A stretch of DNA of 64,000 bases from Dictyostelium discoideum. Lineage: Eukaryota. Position 1 is the first letter of the stretch. Each line of letters begins with the position of its first letter. The notes beneath the pieces were generated by a model. The model saw only the letters and a list, made by a program, of their open reading frames with translations. It was not told the origin of the DNA and made no database searches. Shown here in pieces: positions 63,067-64,000 of this stretch. The DNA lies in assembly GCA_000004695.1 (NCBI GenBank), contig CM000151.3:2048001-2112000 (forward strand), read 5' to 3'. The translations under genes and the position numbers were made by a program.

Positions 63067-63122
63067 AAGATATAAAAATAAAATAAAAATTAAATTATTA
63101 ACTAAATAAATATTAATTATAA

Positions 63123-63163
<41 letters not shown>

Positions 63164-63170
63164 AATTTAT

Positions 63171-64000
63171 TTATTTATCAAATGAATAATTTGGATGTAT
63201 AATTAATATTCTATGATCAGGATATTGATTTGGTACTAATACAACAAGAGAATTGTCTTTGTTTATCATTTTATTGATAACCATTTTAGTGATTTTAGTT
63301 TCTTTTGTAACTTCATCATCAGTGATTATGCCAGACTCCAATTGATCTTTAATGTACCAATCGATAAGATCAATTTGTTTTATACCAGATTTCTCTTTTC
63401 CTGATTGTTTAATTTGTAAAACTAATAATTTTGATAATTGTGAATATTTTGAAAAATTCATAGTTAATTTGCCAATACCATCATCACCATCTTCTTCAGC
63501 ATGGTTATCGTTATCATTTTCAACATTTTTGACTAAATCATCATCATCATCACCTAAAATTACATCATTTGTTTCAACATGAACTATTGATTTCTCTAAT
63601 AATCTTGCAGCTTCATTTACATATTTTGGTAAAACTTTTGTATCTAAATGTAAACGAGCCAATGATTCCGATAAACGAACTAATGATTCCAATTGTCTAA
63701 CTGTGATTCTGTATGCTGGAGTTTTTGAACCACTGGTATCCATTTGACGTAATCTATCGTAATGTCCCACCAATAGTTGTACACTTTCATCTGGAATGGT
63801 TGGACAAATGAATTTTGTATACTTTATATAGTTTTTAATTTCAGTTGCAGAGAATGGTGCGTTGAATGCTTTTTCACGTTTTTGATGAGTCAACACGATA
63901 TGCTCTGCTATTCTATGATCAGATTCTGGATTACATTCATCCAATACCACAAAGAATAAATCGAAACGTGACATTAGTGGACCACCAATATTTAAATTTT
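63171..64000 (-). CDS. mcm6: MCM6 replicative helicase subunit, C-terminal part (5' portion lies beyond the window's right edge)
   Basis: The frame is open from the window edge to the stop at 63173..63171. It reads ...[33 protein letters not shown]...[25 protein letters not shown]... This is the Arg-finger SRFDL and the winged-helix C-terminus, collinear with human MCM6 ([28 protein letters not shown]...[22 protein letters not shown]). Confidence 0.85.
   Translation of the reverse strand, partial: [275 protein letters not shown]

Overview
The window is AT-rich (about 75-80% A+T) nuclear DNA with the hallmarks of Dictyostelium discoideum: homopolymer and trinucleotide-repeat-laden intergenic DNA, poly-Asn/poly-Gln/poly-Ser coding tracts, and short very AT-rich introns bounded by GTAAGT/GTATGT donors and (T)nAG acceptors. 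I found no rRNA, tRNA, CRISPR array or transposon ORF (reverse transcriptase or integrase). By hand-splicing the six-frame ORF track I can support about 27 protein-coding genes, most with 1-6 small introns: an EF-hand Ca-binding protein, Ssu72 CTD phosphatase, the 905-aa SUN-domain protein Sun-1, a GPI-ethanolamine-phosphate-transferase-like membrane enzyme, arginyl-tRNA synthetase, a CAP/PR-1 domain protein, Costars (ABRACL homologue), a roughly 3000-aa iterative type I polyketide synthase (KS-AT-DH-cMT-ER-KR-ACP-reductase), a divergent XRN-family 5'-3' exonuclease-like protein, a RING+TRAF zinc-finger protein, polycystin-2 (Pkd2), a U1-type zinc-finger/poly-Ser protein, a Rap-like GTPase, a small C2-domain protein, glutathione reductase, proteasome subunit alpha-7, a tandem triplicated family of about 100-aa proteins, Ctf18 and the 3' part of Mcm6. 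Splice coordinates were derived by reading the printed sequence and checking that exon lengths sum to a multiple of three; treat them as accurate to within 1-2 nt. The points most worth a second look are: the tandem gene array with its conserved flanking non-coding motifs and an orphan unit; the XRN-like nuclease, which keeps all catalytic acidic residues but has a divergent N-terminus; the PKS with a reductive-release domain; apparent frameshifts in pkd2 and in a large hypothetical gene; micro-exons; and several very long pure microsatellites, including (AAT)~65 inside an argS intron.
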